Source: Octopus sinensis (lineage: Eukaryota). From it: a stretch of 64,000 nt of DNA. This document shows, piece by piece, positions 36,494-49,740 of this stretch. Below the pieces are notes generated by a model that made no database searches, was not told the origin of the DNA, and worked only from the letters and a program-made list of their open reading frames with translations. A program made the position numbers and the translations under genes. Within the stretch, counting starts at the first letter, position 1; each line of letters begins with the position of its first letter. The stretch spans positions 32,674,001-32,738,000 of the forward strand of contig NC_043000.1 in NCBI RefSeq assembly GCF_006345805.1, in the 5' to 3' direction.

Positions 36494-36538
36494 TATATAA
36501 TATATATAATATATATTATATATATATATATATATGAT

Positions 36539-37054
36539 GAAAAGGACAACAAAAACCAAGGCAAGACGAGTATTTCAAGTCATTTATAATAATTTAGGGT
36601 AGGGTGAATTTGAGGCCTTACAGCTGTTTCTGGGATATCCCAAGTGGTAGGCTAGCATGTCTGTACACTGCATATTCCGTCCTCAGAGACACGTTGAGTA
36701 TGTATGAAAGTTCCAGACAAGGAGATTCGCAGTTTATAAGAAATAAAACAGAAGAATAAAGAATAAAACAGTAGATAGAAGAATACAGACAGGCGATAAA
36801 GTTCACAGCTAAACTTTTTATTCTCCTATCTGTGTTCTTCTATCTACTATTTTATTCCTTTATAAACTGCGAATCTCCTTGTCTTTCATACATACTCAAC
36901 GTGTCTCTGATGACTGAATACCCAATGTACGGCCATGCTAGCCTATCACTTGGGATATCCCACAAACAGCTGTAAGACCTCAAATTCACCTTACCCTAAA
37001 TTATTATAAATGACTTGAAATACTCGTCTTGCCTTGGTTTTTGTTGTCCTTTTC
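36539..37054. repeat. 516-bp imperfect palindrome; each arm carries a decayed hammerhead motif
   Basis: gaaaaggacaacaaaaaccaagg...ccttggtttttgttgtccttttc. Left arm (-) reads gtct CTGAGGA...GAAAC AGCT GTA aggc. Right arm (+) reads gtct CTGATGA...CAAAC AGCT GTA agac. Confidence 0.85.
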
Positions 37055-37224
37055 CTCTAATATGATATATACCTGCAAAATCAGAAGCCTACTACGGATC
37101 CCTAGCCAAGCTCCAGCCGTGAACTTGGAACCTAACGGATGACCAATAGTAGCACTTACTCAGCGTACATATTCGTCTAGATTACCAATGAACTAGACCC
37201 CTCATATTCTCTCTCCCCCCCCTC

Positions 37225-37321
<97 letters not shown>

Positions 37322-37731
37322 ATGTATGAAATTTTTGGACTAATTGGTACATGTGAATTATTGTGTTGGTGTGTTGAGTAAAGCACTGGCACAGTTTTCG
37401 GCTACCTGGTGTCATCCAGAGTTGAGAGTTGGGGTATATTTCCGTTGGATCTACTTCAGGAATTACGTAGTGTTGAGATAATTATCGATTAAGGAAACAA
37501 AAGATGGATTTGGTATTAGTCTTTATCCAGTACGATGATCGATTCGATCCATCCTGCAATTGTGCTCTATGGGTCGGATGTGCTGCATCAGTTTCGCAGT
37601 CTGAGTTGGATCAGGTACATATGTACATAAAGAGGTGTCTCGCTGAAATATTGAGTCCAGGGAATCATGCTGGTTTTTTTTTCATAGCAAATAATTGTAA
37701 ATAATTGTAAATATAAACGTATAAACGTATA

Positions 37732-38140
37732 TAGGTGTAGGAGTGGCTGTGTGGTAAGTAGCTTGCTTACGAACCACATGGTTCCGGGTTCAGTCCCACT
37801 GCGTGGCACCTTGGGAAAGTGTCTTCTACTATAGCCTCGGGCCGACCAAAGCCTTGAGAGTGGATTTGGCAGACGGAAACCGAAAGAAGCCCGTCGTATA
37901 TATGTATATATTTGTATGAGTGTGTATGTGTTTGTGTGTCTGTGTTTGTCCCCCCCACCAACATCGCTTGACAACTGATGCTGGTGTGTTTACATCCCCG
38001 TAACTTAGCGGTTCGGCAAAAGAGACTGATATACTAAGTACTAGGCTTACAAAGAATAAGTCCTGGGGATCGATTTGCTCGACTAAAGCGGTGCTTCAGC
38101 ATGGCCACAGTCAAATGACTGAAACAAATAAAAGAGTAAA
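37732..38140 (+). mobile_element. CORE-type tRNA SINE, full length
   Basis: ggagtggctgtgtggtaagtagc head, ccgggttcagtccc B-box-like, gcgtggcaccttgggaaagtgtctt CORE-like domain, (GAGTAAA)n tail. Confidence 0.88.
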
Positions 38141-38589
38141 GAGAGTAAACCGTAGAAAAGAAAGTATACAAGAGAAAGTAAACGGGGAAAAATATAGAAA
38201 GGGTGAGACGGGATTAGATTGCATTAAGAGGGGGAGGAGTACTACCCTTGTTAACATGGGGGAGTGTGTATAGACACACACACAACAAGCATACACACAG
38301 GCAGGGACATAGACATCCACTTTCACCTTGAGCTACGTACGCCGTAAAGTCTTACAGTCCTGCTATTTATGATCGGGAGATGAAGAGAGTAAAGATCTTT
38401 CATATATGAGGTTGTTTGTTGTGGTTGGTCAGAAAGTGACCATTGGTTTCGCACCTACAAAAGTGTTTAGCTGTATAGGCGAGTGGTCGGACTGAAATGA
38501 CCATTGGAGTCTTATGACTCGCCTAATGATGTAGAGTGTGTCTCTTTTTCGGATACATGAACTACTGGCCGATATGTTTGTACGTATGG

Positions 38590-39060
38590 ATAGATGTATG
38601 TATGTATGTATGTATGTATGTATGTATGTATGTATGTATGTATGTATGTATGTATGTATGTACGTATGTATGTACGTATGTACGTATGTATGCATGTATG
38701 TATGTATGTGCGTGTATGTATGTATACATGTATGCATGTATGTCTGTCTGTATGTATGTATGTATGTTTGTACATGTATGTTTGTATATGCATGTACGTA
38801 CTTATGTATGTACGTACGTATGCATGCATGTATGTATGCATGTATGTATGTATGTGTGTGTGTATATATGTATCTGTATGTATGTATGTATGTACGTATG
38901 TAAGTACATATGTATGTATGTACGTATGCATGCATGTATGTATGTACGTACGTATGTAGGTATGTATGTATGTGTGTGTATGCATGTATATATGTATGTA
39001 TGTGTGTATGTATGAGTGTGTATGTATTTATGTATGTGTGTGTGTGTAGGTGTGTGTAAG
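38590..39060. repeat. ~470-bp interrupted (TATG)n satellite
   Basis: Seen directly. Confidence 0.95.
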
Positions 39061-39157
39061 AATGTGGGATGTTTGTTGGGTGTGTATATGTGTGGGAATG
39101 ATATGAAGTGAAGTGTTGTGGGCGAAAATAGCAGTAAGAGTCTGCACACTTCGTACA

Positions 39158-39190
<33 letters not shown>

Positions 39191-40178
39191 ACACACACAC
39201 ACGGTCGTATGCCTATCACGAAACTACATATTCATGAATCTAGTCTCATGTGATAATTGATTCATCTTCTTTAGATATTTATTATTAATGTTTCATGTTT
39301 AATTATTTTTCAAAATGTCGTTCAAACAGCCGCCATTTGTCAGTCATTCGGGTTCCATTTTTTTCCTTCACATGTTTGCTTTATAAATCAATAAGAACAG
39401 AACGTTCATGTCTAATGTATGAGTGATTTAACACCTTTCTATTCTAATAGCTTTTCATTGCTCCATAGCAGGGGAAGCTTACATTTTTCATGAACATTCC
39501 ATCAATAGGTACTTTATATATATATATATATATATATGTAAATGGAAAATAGGTGTTCATTTATGTATTTCAGGTTAAACCCCTTTTAATAAATCTTATC
39601 AGTTCCAGGAACCTTCTAAAACCTATCGATATACAGAAAGCTTTATTAATGGTGTGAAGCTGTTAAAGTGCTATTACAGGAGCGATTTGTATGAGACTGT
39701 TAGTTTAGACACAATGAATATTAAGGAGAACAAGTTGAGAATTTCTTGTTAATGTTGACACAGTGTTATTGTGTCTGGCGCGTGAATACAAAGGCATGAT
39801 AATAGAAGCGAATGATGGTCCCTTATTACTTGATACATGCGCGCGCATAAAACAAAACATACAAATCTGCTCATGCACGGATTCCAAATACTGCGCATAC
39901 ATACATGTATGCATACATACATACATACATACATACATACATGCATTCATACATACATACATACATACATACATACATACATACATACATACATACATAC
40001 ATACATACATACATACATACGTACGTACGTACATACAAATAAAAACATCCTGTTGATGTTGAAGTTCCAATGAAGGAACCTTGGATCTAGGTTAGAAACT
40101 GGATCTTTCTCTATTGGCAAAAAATCTTGAAATAAAACTGAATAATGACATATATACACACACGTACACACACACACA

Positions 40179-40230
<52 letters not shown>

Positions 40231-40711
40231 GAAATACTGGCCTAGGAATCGAACCTGACTTATTGAATTCAAACGTAAAGACAATGAAGCAAATCGCTTC
40301 CTGGATTCGAAACTCTGATCGAGATTTTGCTATGAGTCCCTTTCTGTTGTTCTCGGCACTTGCACTAAGCAATCTACGAGAGTTAGCTGTCCTATTGTTC
40401 CCTGAAGATCCCTAAGTGAAAAACTGTTCAAAGTAGATAAAAAAAACCCAAGAATCCTTTGTTTTGCTTATTTTCATTAGAAAAATTATCATAAATGCAT
40501 TAGCAACAGGTTGTAGCAGGTCTTGTTTACTGTTTATCAAATATTCTGACGTGTTTCTGCCAGTAAGCTAATTAGCGTACGTCCACCTTTCCCCCTGTTC
40601 ATGCAGAGCCTGTATACGTTTGCCTTAGGGTGGAGGGCACCATGCGTTGTCATTGTCTTTCTCTTTCGGGTAGTGCGATTGAGTTGGTTTATTATTATTA
40701 TTATTATTATT

Positions 40712-41266
40712 GAGTGAGAGAGCAGTTCATGCCATCAAAGTGACACTGGGGTAAAATATACGAAGCCCAGTATACCCATCATGACTACCCGTCTGATAAA
40801 GGTACACTAGGCACATGCATCACAACCATATGTGCGCGACATGGTGATCTCATATCAAGATAAACAGCACATGACCTTGCAGGTGGGGCCCAGTTAGAAT
40901 TTTCTTCAGGTTGAGTAGCCCATCCCGCTCAAACGGTCCCTGAATAAGGGTTGTTTAAGGATGTTGAAAGAACCACCCATGTTTCCAGAGGTGAACTATT
41001 CAAACCCCAAAGAATCCCTCTCAACACATGGCTATGATGCTCCCCCACTACTTCTGCTCGTGATCAGAGATGCACATATCGTCAGCCACTAAGGGACATG
41101 CTCAACTGGTTAAGGTCAAACAACTGACACGCAAATCTGTGGTATTGAGCAGAATATTTGCTGTAGCCCATCTTTTATACCAAGACAAAACAATGTACAT
41201 GATAACACTTCCAATCAGTTAAGATCAGAAGCCATGAGAGCCACTGCCTGGTACTGCATCAGGGCA

Positions 41267-41268
<2 letters not shown>
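40712..41268 (-). mobile_element. ~560-bp non-coding element inserted in (TAA)n (family D-nc); partial copies at 60218-60412 and 62389-62712
   Basis: Flanked on both sides by (ATT)n. No ORF. Three near-identical copies, 5'-truncated when read on the minus strand. Confidence 0.8.
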
Positions 41269-41344
<76 letters not shown>

Positions 41345-41345
<1 letters not shown>

Positions 41346-41795
41346 TTATGTTTGATTTTTGCTTTGCTTTTGTACAAGTTGGCTCCAAGTCTCACCCAGA
41401 GACCTCAAGAGATAACAAGTTGGAAGTTCATGTTGGTGTTATGCGTAGGGTGTCATATATTTGGTTTTATACATAGTATTGTTTTAGAGAATGTATGAGA
41501 AACCATAAGAAAATTATGTTTGTTTTAAAATTTGAGATTACATAGAAAGTATTTTACGTAGGATATGGGCAGTTCCCATGAGCACTATCTTTTGAATATC
41601 TGCCATTTTGTGGTTTCCTGGTATCTGAGCTAGGTAGCAATCAGCCCCTTTTGCTATCATTCCTAGGGCACCTATGACAACAAGTATTGTTTTAGTCTTT
41701 AGGTTCCACATTTTGCTAATTTCTATTTCAAGATCTTTATACTTGCTCAGTTTTTGGTAGGTCTTGACAGATACATTTATATCGATTGGGACAGT
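41345..41795 (-). mobile_element. Dong/R4-like LINE, 5'-truncated 3' fragment
   Basis: VPIDINVSVKTYQKLSKYKDLEIEISKMWNLKTKTILVVIGALGMI...LMGTAHILRKILSM* (restriction-like endonuclease C-terminus), bounded by (ATT)n. Confidence 0.85.
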
Positions 41796-41812
41796 CATAT
41801 TATTATTATTAC

Positions 41813-41868
<56 letters not shown>

Positions 41869-41888
41869 TATTATTATATTATTATTAT

Positions 41889-43685
41889 TGCCTTTGCACA
41901 GCTTCTAACGCTGGAGATGTATTACAGTATCAGCTGTTCACTACCAGTGAACTAAGGTAACACCTCTTATTTTTCAAGCACCTTCCGGAATATTCGAGCG
42001 GTTCCAAGCAGTGCTGTTTTCTGAAAGTACTATACTGTTCTCATGCTCCAAATTCTTCCTATTTCAAATTTTAAGGGATTGTACCTTTATGTTTTTCCCC
42101 TCTTCCTTTACGATCCTGGAATCAAACGGGCATGATAGGTCGACAAGTAAGCAACTTCGCCTTCCTTCTCAATAATTCTTTGTCTGGTCTATTCTTTTCT
42201 AACTTCAGGTATGTTTGACTAGGAAAGTCCCACAAAATCTTACATTTCTCCGACTCCAGTTCTCTTTCGACTCTATGATTGTACCAGGTGTTTCTAGCTT
42301 CAAATCCCCATTTCTAGTAGTTTCCGGTGTAAAACCATTACAAACTGGTCGTACTTCCATTTCTTATATTCTTCCTGTGCCAACTTGGGGCATTCTTCCA
42401 TAATGTGTGCCAGTCTCGTTCCAAGTTCCACAGGTTCTACATTTTTCTGACATTCTCTCCATATATATCTTTTCTCAAGTTGTTTGTTTTTATTACTTCA
42501 TCTTAGGCTGCTACAATTAGGTTCTCTGTTTCTTTTTTTTTTAATTGCCCCATTTTTAACCAAGCCAATTTTTAAACCAAGTTGCACCCTTTTTAACCAA
42601 GTTCCACATACATCTTCAGCGGCTCTCCAAAATTGGCCATGTAGAGGTTCCTCTTCGATCTCTTTGACGTGCTCTCTTTGTATTTCGTTCTTGTCCTTTT
42701 CTCCTATTATGTGCTTCATCACCTGTTCTCTCTAAACTGTCTTTTGTAGATTTTCTGTGCTGTCTTGTAAATACTCTACTAGACTTTCTCTTTCCATCCG
42801 TACATATTCTCTCCTCAAGTACATCCGTTTGATATCAACTTTCTGATAGTAGGCTCCATACATCGTCAACAACTTCCTAGCTTTTTCTGTCAAGTTTCTT
42901 TATATCATTTCTAGTCCAGTCTATAATTCCAACTCCCTGTCTGATTAAGGGTACTGCTCTTGAATTTATTGCTTTTTGGAATTCAGCTTTGACTGCAATA
43001 ATTTTCTTACTCTCCTTGTGTACTCTCTATTGGTAATTTGTTTCATTTCTTCATTTCTTATCTCCTCTGCTTCCAGTATTCCCAAGTACTTATACCACTG
43101 CCCTTTCTCAACCGCTCTCATTATTTGTCCATTTGACATTTTAATTCCTTGGTTTCTTTCGAGTTTCATTTTCAATATAGCACACTTTTCTATCCCAAAT
43201 TCCATACCTTCGTCGTTTGAGAAAATGCGGATAGTATATAGAAAACTTTCAAGCTGTTTCTCATTTTTCGCATAAACCTTTATATCATTCATGAAAAGGC
43301 GATGATTTATCTGACCATTTCCTTTTCCCAAATCGTAAGCATTTTTAACTTTTCGTAGTATCATAGTGAGCGGTGTCATAACCAATACGAATAGTAACGA
43401 AGATAAGCTGTCACCTTGGAATATTCCACGTTTGATGTTCACCTTTCTGAGTTTTTGTTTTCCTCCAATCAATTCCAACGTTTCACGCTTTAATTAAGCA
43501 TTTTCTCCATGTTATTTGCTACCCCAGACATGTTCATTGTTTTACTTATCCAACTGTGTGATACCATACCATATGCTTTTTTGTAACCGAGCCATGCTAC
43601 ATTCAGTCCCGTCAACCTGCGTCTACAATTTATAATTATCATTTTATCAATAAGTGACCTTTTGTTGCCCTAATTTGTTACCCGA
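41889..43685 (-). mobile_element. Dong/R4-like LINE relic with partial reverse transcriptase
   Basis: ORF 42966-43478 has GIFQGDSLS..LF and LFMNDIKVYAK RT motifs. The C-terminus TALLGTARIFRK is followed by a short 3' UTR with a gttcact/agtgaac hairpin ending at (AAT)n. Confidence 0.88.
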
Positions 43686-43689
43686 ATCC

Positions 43690-44160
43690 TTTCTGTTCTT
43701 CTGGAAGTGTTTTCTCTGCACTACCGAGCGCAGCTCTGTGTGCCTTGGGCATGTGCTGTAGTTCGTTGAGGTACTCTTAATTTCACAGCATTGAAAGTGT
43801 TTTACTTAGGATGGGTGCAGTGCTATGTTCTGTATGTTATATACATTCGAAAGTCCTGATGTTTTGGTTATGTATTTGTCTGAACATTTTTAACATACCT
43901 AAAGCGCCTGTTATCATAGGAACCGTTCCTGTGTTTAGGCTCCCCATTCGAATTACCTCTGTTTCCAGATCTTTGTATTTTGAAAGTTTCTGCGTTCCTT
44001 TTAGAGATACATTGTCATTTGTTGGAATTGATAGATCGATTAGAAGGCATTTTTTTCCCTTGTGATCTCTGATAATTATATCAGGTCTATTAACCTTGAT
44101 TTCTCTATGTGTGTGTATTGGCATATCCCAGAGCATGGTTGGTTTGTCATTTTGGATCGA
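43690..44160 (-). mobile_element. Dong/R4-like LINE 3' fragment
   Basis: LWDMPIHTHREIKVNRPDIIIRDHKGKKCLLIDLSIPTNDNVSLKGTQKLSKYKDLE (PD-(D/E)XK RLE). Confidence 0.85.
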
Positions 44161-44439
44161 CTTATCCCTCCCCCGATCTTGCTGACCTTGTGCCAAAATT
44201 TGAAATCATTATTATTAATGACCAATTGAGAAACCTAACCATAACGAACGTATAAGGACTACTGGAAACAGCTGTAAGGGAAATTTACTTCAATAAAGGA
44301 AAAATATCGAATGACCATTATTTATACCTTGTCGAATGTGTGTGTGTGTGTGTGTATGTGTGTGTGTGTGTGTGTGTGTATGTGTGTTTGTGTGTGTGTG
44401 TGCGTGTGTATGTGTGTGTGGTATATATATATATATTTA

Positions 44440-44634
44440 GGGAGAGTTTACGAAAAAACAAAAGACGAAGACAGGTGGTGTACAAAACAAACAGATGTAT
44501 TAGTATAACGCTCAGGAATAGAGAAAGTCTTTTACGTTTCGAGCATACGCTCTTCTTCAGAAAGGGACACAGAAAAACAAGGAGAGAAACAAGAAGAGAA
44601 AAGAATGTGTGTAGTGGCTAACGATCTATCATGG

Positions 44635-44637
<3 letters not shown>
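44440..44637 (-). mobile_element. Family H1 copy with intact minimal hammerhead (44564-44529)
   Basis: CUUU CUGAAGA A GAGC guau GCUC GAAAC GUA AAAG. Confidence 0.88.
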
Positions 44638-44704
<67 letters not shown>

Positions 44705-45289
44705 TATATATACACATACATACATACATACATACATACATACATACACACACACATATATATATGTAATTACTGGTTTCGGCCCGCTGGCCATCCCCAA
44801 CATGCACACACGGACTAAATACTTAATTGGTTGCAAATATATCTTTGGTTTTTAAGAGTTTGTCAGGAAATAACAACAATATTTGCTCTGCGAACGTTAA
44901 AACGCTTCATTGGCATTGAGTGATGAGAGCGGGCGGGCGGCGGGACGGCGGGGAGTGTTGATGGTGGACAAGAAAACTGCGCAAGACTTATAATTTCGAA
45001 GACGGTTTGTGATAAGGAATGATGGCGTTGTTTGACACAAAACGAAGGAAGCGTAGGTGGTCGGGTAAGGGTTAGGGGTTGTGGCTATTAAAGAACAAGT
45101 GCGTGGAGGGGATTGTGGGTGGTGGTGGTGGTCATTGTGGGTGTGGTATCGATTGTGGGAGGCAAGAAAATGAAAAAGAGGCTGTCGAGTGATTAATGTT
45201 GGAGATGGTATAAAGTTATAAAAGGAGAAAGTAGTTGAGTGAGTAACGTCACTACATCGCATTTTATGTTGCTGTGGCACATCTCGAAC

Positions 45290-45700
45290 TGTCACCACCA
45301 CCACCACCACCACCACCACCACCACCACCTTCATTGACGACAACAACAGCAACAGCAAGTAAGGCCCAAAACAGGAACAGTTCTATGGTTTAGTCTGTCT
45401 TCCCTTCTAACACCACCACCACCACCGCAACCGCAACCACCACCACCACCGCAACCACCACCACCACCACCGCAACCACCACCACCACCATTAGCAACAC
45501 CACGAACCATTACAACGACGACGACCACTACCACCACCACCACGACCACCACCACCACTTCATCAACAATACCAAGAACACCATGAATAACTACAACACC
45601 TAAAACAACAATATAAAAAAATCATCAGAAGCAGGGACACTGATACCACCTCCTCCGCCGCCGCCGCCATCACAACAACAACAACAACAATATCGACAAG
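45290..45700. repeat. (CAC)n/(CAA)n trinucleotide-rich low-complexity tract
   Basis: Seen directly. Confidence 0.85.
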
Positions 45701-46542
45701 TTGTAACAATAGTGTGAATCTAATATTGAGTGATAATGAATTTAAAGCAACAACGATAATACCCAATAATATCGATAACAATTGCAACAACAACAAACAC
45801 GGCTAACAACAAAAAAAGATTTTAAACAGCTTCCACTAGAGCCATCATCATCATCGTCATCATCACCATCATTGTCATCGCTATCGTCATCATCATCATC
45901 ATCAATAATTAACAGTCAACTAGAACCAAATACTTCTTACGATTACTATTATTGAAGAAAAAGAAGAAAAAAGGAGAAGAAGAACAACAACATGATGCGT
46001 TTACTATTTACCTTGGTCTCACTAACCATTCTCAGTTCTACCCAGTGTAATAAAAGTAAGTGGAAGTTTTATTTTAATCTTGTTGAATTATTTGGTTAAT
46101 CTCCACGAAGACGCGGATAAGCCCGAAGCTTTGTGAGAGAGAAAGGGAGAGAGATGTGGGGGCTCGGAAACTATATTAAAAGGTTTCCTATTTCTTAAAT
46201 ATCTATGTTGTAAATATATCGTATTCAAGATAGCAAAAAGCAATGCTGGCGGAGGCCTGATTTGAACTCACAACTATTACGTAGAAAGCTATATCAAGTG
46301 GTTAATATTGTGATGGCAGAGGGTTAGGTTTACTTTCTTCCATGTCTAAATACTTCAACTTTAGATAGTTGTTAATTTTTATCCGTTTAGCTGCGTGGTA
46401 AAAAAAACCCTCATAATTCCAAGTTCGATTTTATGGCACGGTCTGACATCATAATATCGAACTGACCAATATTCTGTGAATGGAATTTGGTAGACTGAAT
46501 CTGATTAAAACTCGTCATACATTCATACATACATACATACTT

Positions 46543-46735
46543 TTCTCTCCTTTTTTGTCTCTCCTTTTTTTCTCTCCTTGTTTCTCTCCCTGTTTTTTCT
46601 GTGTCCCTTTCTGTAGAAGAGCGTAGGCTCGAAACGTAAAAGACTTTTTCTATTCCTGAGCGTTATACTAATACATCTGTTTGTTTTGTACACCACCAGT
46701 CTTCATCTTTTGTTTTTTTCGTAAACTCTCCCTAC
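46543..46735 (+). mobile_element. Family H1 copy (core CUGUAGA, otherwise intact)
   Basis: cttt ctgtaga a gagc gtag gctc gaaac gta aaag at 46607-46642. Confidence 0.85.
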
Positions 46736-47769
46736 ATACATACATAAGCGCGCGCGTGTGTGTACCAAAGAAAAGGGTCGACAGCGACTTCGAAGTTAGG
46801 GTTTATTCGCCCTGTACACCATACATCTTGACCCTACACACGATCTACTTCAAGCATAAAGGCTACATTTTTATTCCTGTGAGAAACTCAAAACTCTAAC
46901 ATGATATCTTTTAACACATCGTCAGTTCCACCGTTTAACTTTTAGAGGCCCCCTGCAACTTTTTGTTTCGAGGACCCTACCCCTTCAATCAAAATTCATA
47001 ATCTAAGCACCTTTTATTCATAAATATATTTTACTTTATTCTGTCCGAAGTTCAATATTTCACGTTATCCTAAAGAACATCTTTAAAAGTGCATCAAGTT
47101 AAATTTATTTAGGTCTATTACAAATTTCAATAAGTAAAACTTCCAGACATGAATAAGAAAACATTTTTGTAATTCAAGCAACTTTCAAAGACAAACACGG
47201 CGCTCTTTTCGCTTTGTGAAATCATCGATCAGTTCAGAATAATGAAGCTGAGAGCTAAGTTCGTGTTCAATGGGTATCATAGACAATCCACAAAGTCTGG
47301 TACACTTTCGTGGTACAATTTAATTATTTTTCGAAGAACTTTTGCAGGTACTATGTATCACCATTTTATTTCTTGAAATTTTCAGTTAACAAAGTTGAAT
47401 TCTTGTTTAACATTTTAACCAAAGTAAATAGATGACTCATCTACGTACTTTGATCTTAATATGGGACCCCTGAACCGCGGAGGCCCCCTACAACCGCAGG
47501 AGTTGCAGGGGCTTGGCGACGTTCCTGCACATCATTTTTATAAGTTATGTATTCTGTTTTCCAACGTTTCTCAACTTGCTTTTACACAGAATCTATTCTC
47601 CCTAAACAAACCTTTCTCTCTTAGATTTCGTCAACGAAAACTTGTTACTTTGGCTCAAAGTATTTCTTTCTTTTCATACAAGTTCACTGCTGCCTTTACA
47701 GCTCCTTGAACTCCTTCAATCACAAACAACTGTTCGGCTAGCTCTTGTTACTTTTGAATAATTTTCAGA

Positions 47770-48810
47770 GTAGATTACTGTTGTTCTCTGGTCTGTTTTA
47801 GATAGCAAATAATTGGGAGAGGAACTCCCACTTAAGACTCGCGCTATTATTGTTGTGAACTCATATATGAGTACAAGCAGTGAAATGAGCTCTGAAAAAC
47901 TTAAAACACTGAAAGAGATCGTGATAGCTGAGTACTTAGAGATTGGAGTAAACGTGTATGACGACGTATATTAGTTGTTGATTTTCCAGATAGAGTGAAG
48001 GTGGGGTGACAATTCAGTCCAAAGTGAAACTCATAGAACAGATACATTCTTCGAAGAGTAGACGTGATGATCAGCGAAAGATCTGTTGAGCAAAACATTT
48101 TTCGCCCATGAGCATCGTTCTGTAAAGTCCTTAAGTGATGTACGATGAACACTAAATGGCGGTTAGGATTAAAATGACTGGAGTTTATAGAATCTTTCAG
48201 GTAAAGCTAAAGGGAAAATACAGTAGCAAGGAACATAAAATATCCCTGGACTGCAAAAATTGCATTGCAATGTCACATTTGAAGAATTGCTGGAATGAGG
48301 TGTTGAGATTCTGTAAGACGTCTCAGGTTGACCAATCTATAATCTGACCAATTATATTGCGGAAAGAGAGGAGACAGTGGTAACGTCACTCCGACCAGAC
48401 GTATTCTTGCAATACAAAAGCAATGTCCGTGGCTGAACTCACAGTGTCCTGGAAGGACAGGCGTGATATTCTCCTCCAAATATCAAGACTTAGTCGATTA
48501 GCTCCTTGTCAAAAGCTGGCATGCTGCCTCATTCCCCACTGAAGAGGTCGCGGCTTTTCATTTGGATCAATGAGCTATTTCCTGTAGAAGATAGGTCAGG
48601 AATCCAGACAACTGAAGAAAGCCAGTAAGGAAATAGACACAGCAGCTGAAACTAGCCTAAGATGGCTTTGGTTGATAAAAGACTGAACGTGGAACCCTTC
48701 CGTGGGTGAAAACTAGCTTAGATCTGGCTGCCCTACGCAGGCGTAGTGTACAGGTTAAGGGGCGAAATACTTGTGACCTTGAGATACTTGCTGATGATAC
48801 GGAAGGGTTT
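47770..48810 (+). mobile_element. HERO/NeSL-like RLE non-LTR retrotransposon, decayed 3' part
   Basis: TSLRPDVF...MSVAELTVSWKD...KYQDL...GWH...EEV...AAETSLRWLWLIKD*, compared with the RPD..ELTVPWE..KY..L..GW..VEVG..S.W.W pattern. The 3' UTR ends ...gaaatacttgtgaccttgagatacttgctgatga. Confidence 0.65.
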
Positions 48811-49355
48811 CTAGTTTTGCAATGGATTTAGAAGAGCTTGCAAAAGCTCCGAATAGCTCTTACAGTTTCTTGCGTCAGGTGAAGCATCTCTGATGCATAT
48901 TTCACTTTTATTTCACCTGTCAGACTAATTTACTTTTACCGGAAAAATACTAAAGATAAAAATATAAAACAAGAAGAAACGTAATTAAATACGTAATTTG
49001 AGAGTTAGTGTGTGGCCGACATTCGTTCGTGTAACCGGAAATACGCTCATCCGTCAAGCAATCCACGTTTTTAAAAAGTTATCAATGGAGATCTTTCTTA
49101 ACACAGTTCCGGTTTCCCCAGAAATATAGAAATAGTGTTGTACTAAACCTGAAGCGTGTTTGTGTGTAAATAGCCAGCGTCCGCCATATTCCATCTCTAA
49201 TTATCCTTTTGTTCTCCGTTCAATTTTCATTCATTTTATTTTCCTCTGTCAAATATTATATAAAGTAATTCTTATTCAAGATCCGTCAGTGTAGATACAT
49301 TTGCGTTCGTCTCCGATTTGAGGATCACTTTCACACACGTATACTCAATCACATA

Positions 49356-49740
49356 GTGGAGGCGCAATGGCCCAGTGGTTAGGGCAGCGGACTCGCGGTC
49401 ATAGGATCGCAGTTTCGATTCCCAGACCGGGCGTTGTGAGTGTTTATTGAGCGAAGACACCTAAAGCTCCACGAGGCTCCGGCAGGGGATGGTGGTGACC
49501 CCTGCTGTACTCTTTCACCACAACTTTCTCTCACTCTTACTTCCTGTTTCTGTTGTACCTGTATTTCAAAGGGCCGGCCTTGTCACTCTCTGTGTCACGC
49601 TGAATATCTCCGAGACCTACGTTAAGGGTACACATGTCTGTGGAGTGCTCAGCCACTTACACGTTAATTTCACGAGCAGGCTGTTCCGTTGATTCGGATC
49701 AACCGGAACCCTCGTCGTCGTAACCGACGGAGTGCTTCCA
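49356..49740 (+). mobile_element. tRNA-derived SINE, full length, 15-bp TSD with one mismatch
   Basis: atactcaatcacata (49341-49355) and atactcactcacata (49740-49754). Confidence 0.92.

Noticed and set aside
46940-47520. ggcccc-containing ends suggesting a hAT-like MITE
   Set aside because: Could not define matching TIRs or an 8-bp TSD.
48760-48805. GAAA...CTGATGA order in the HERO-like 3' UTR, suggesting a type-II hammerhead
   Set aside because: No pairing found for stems I-III.
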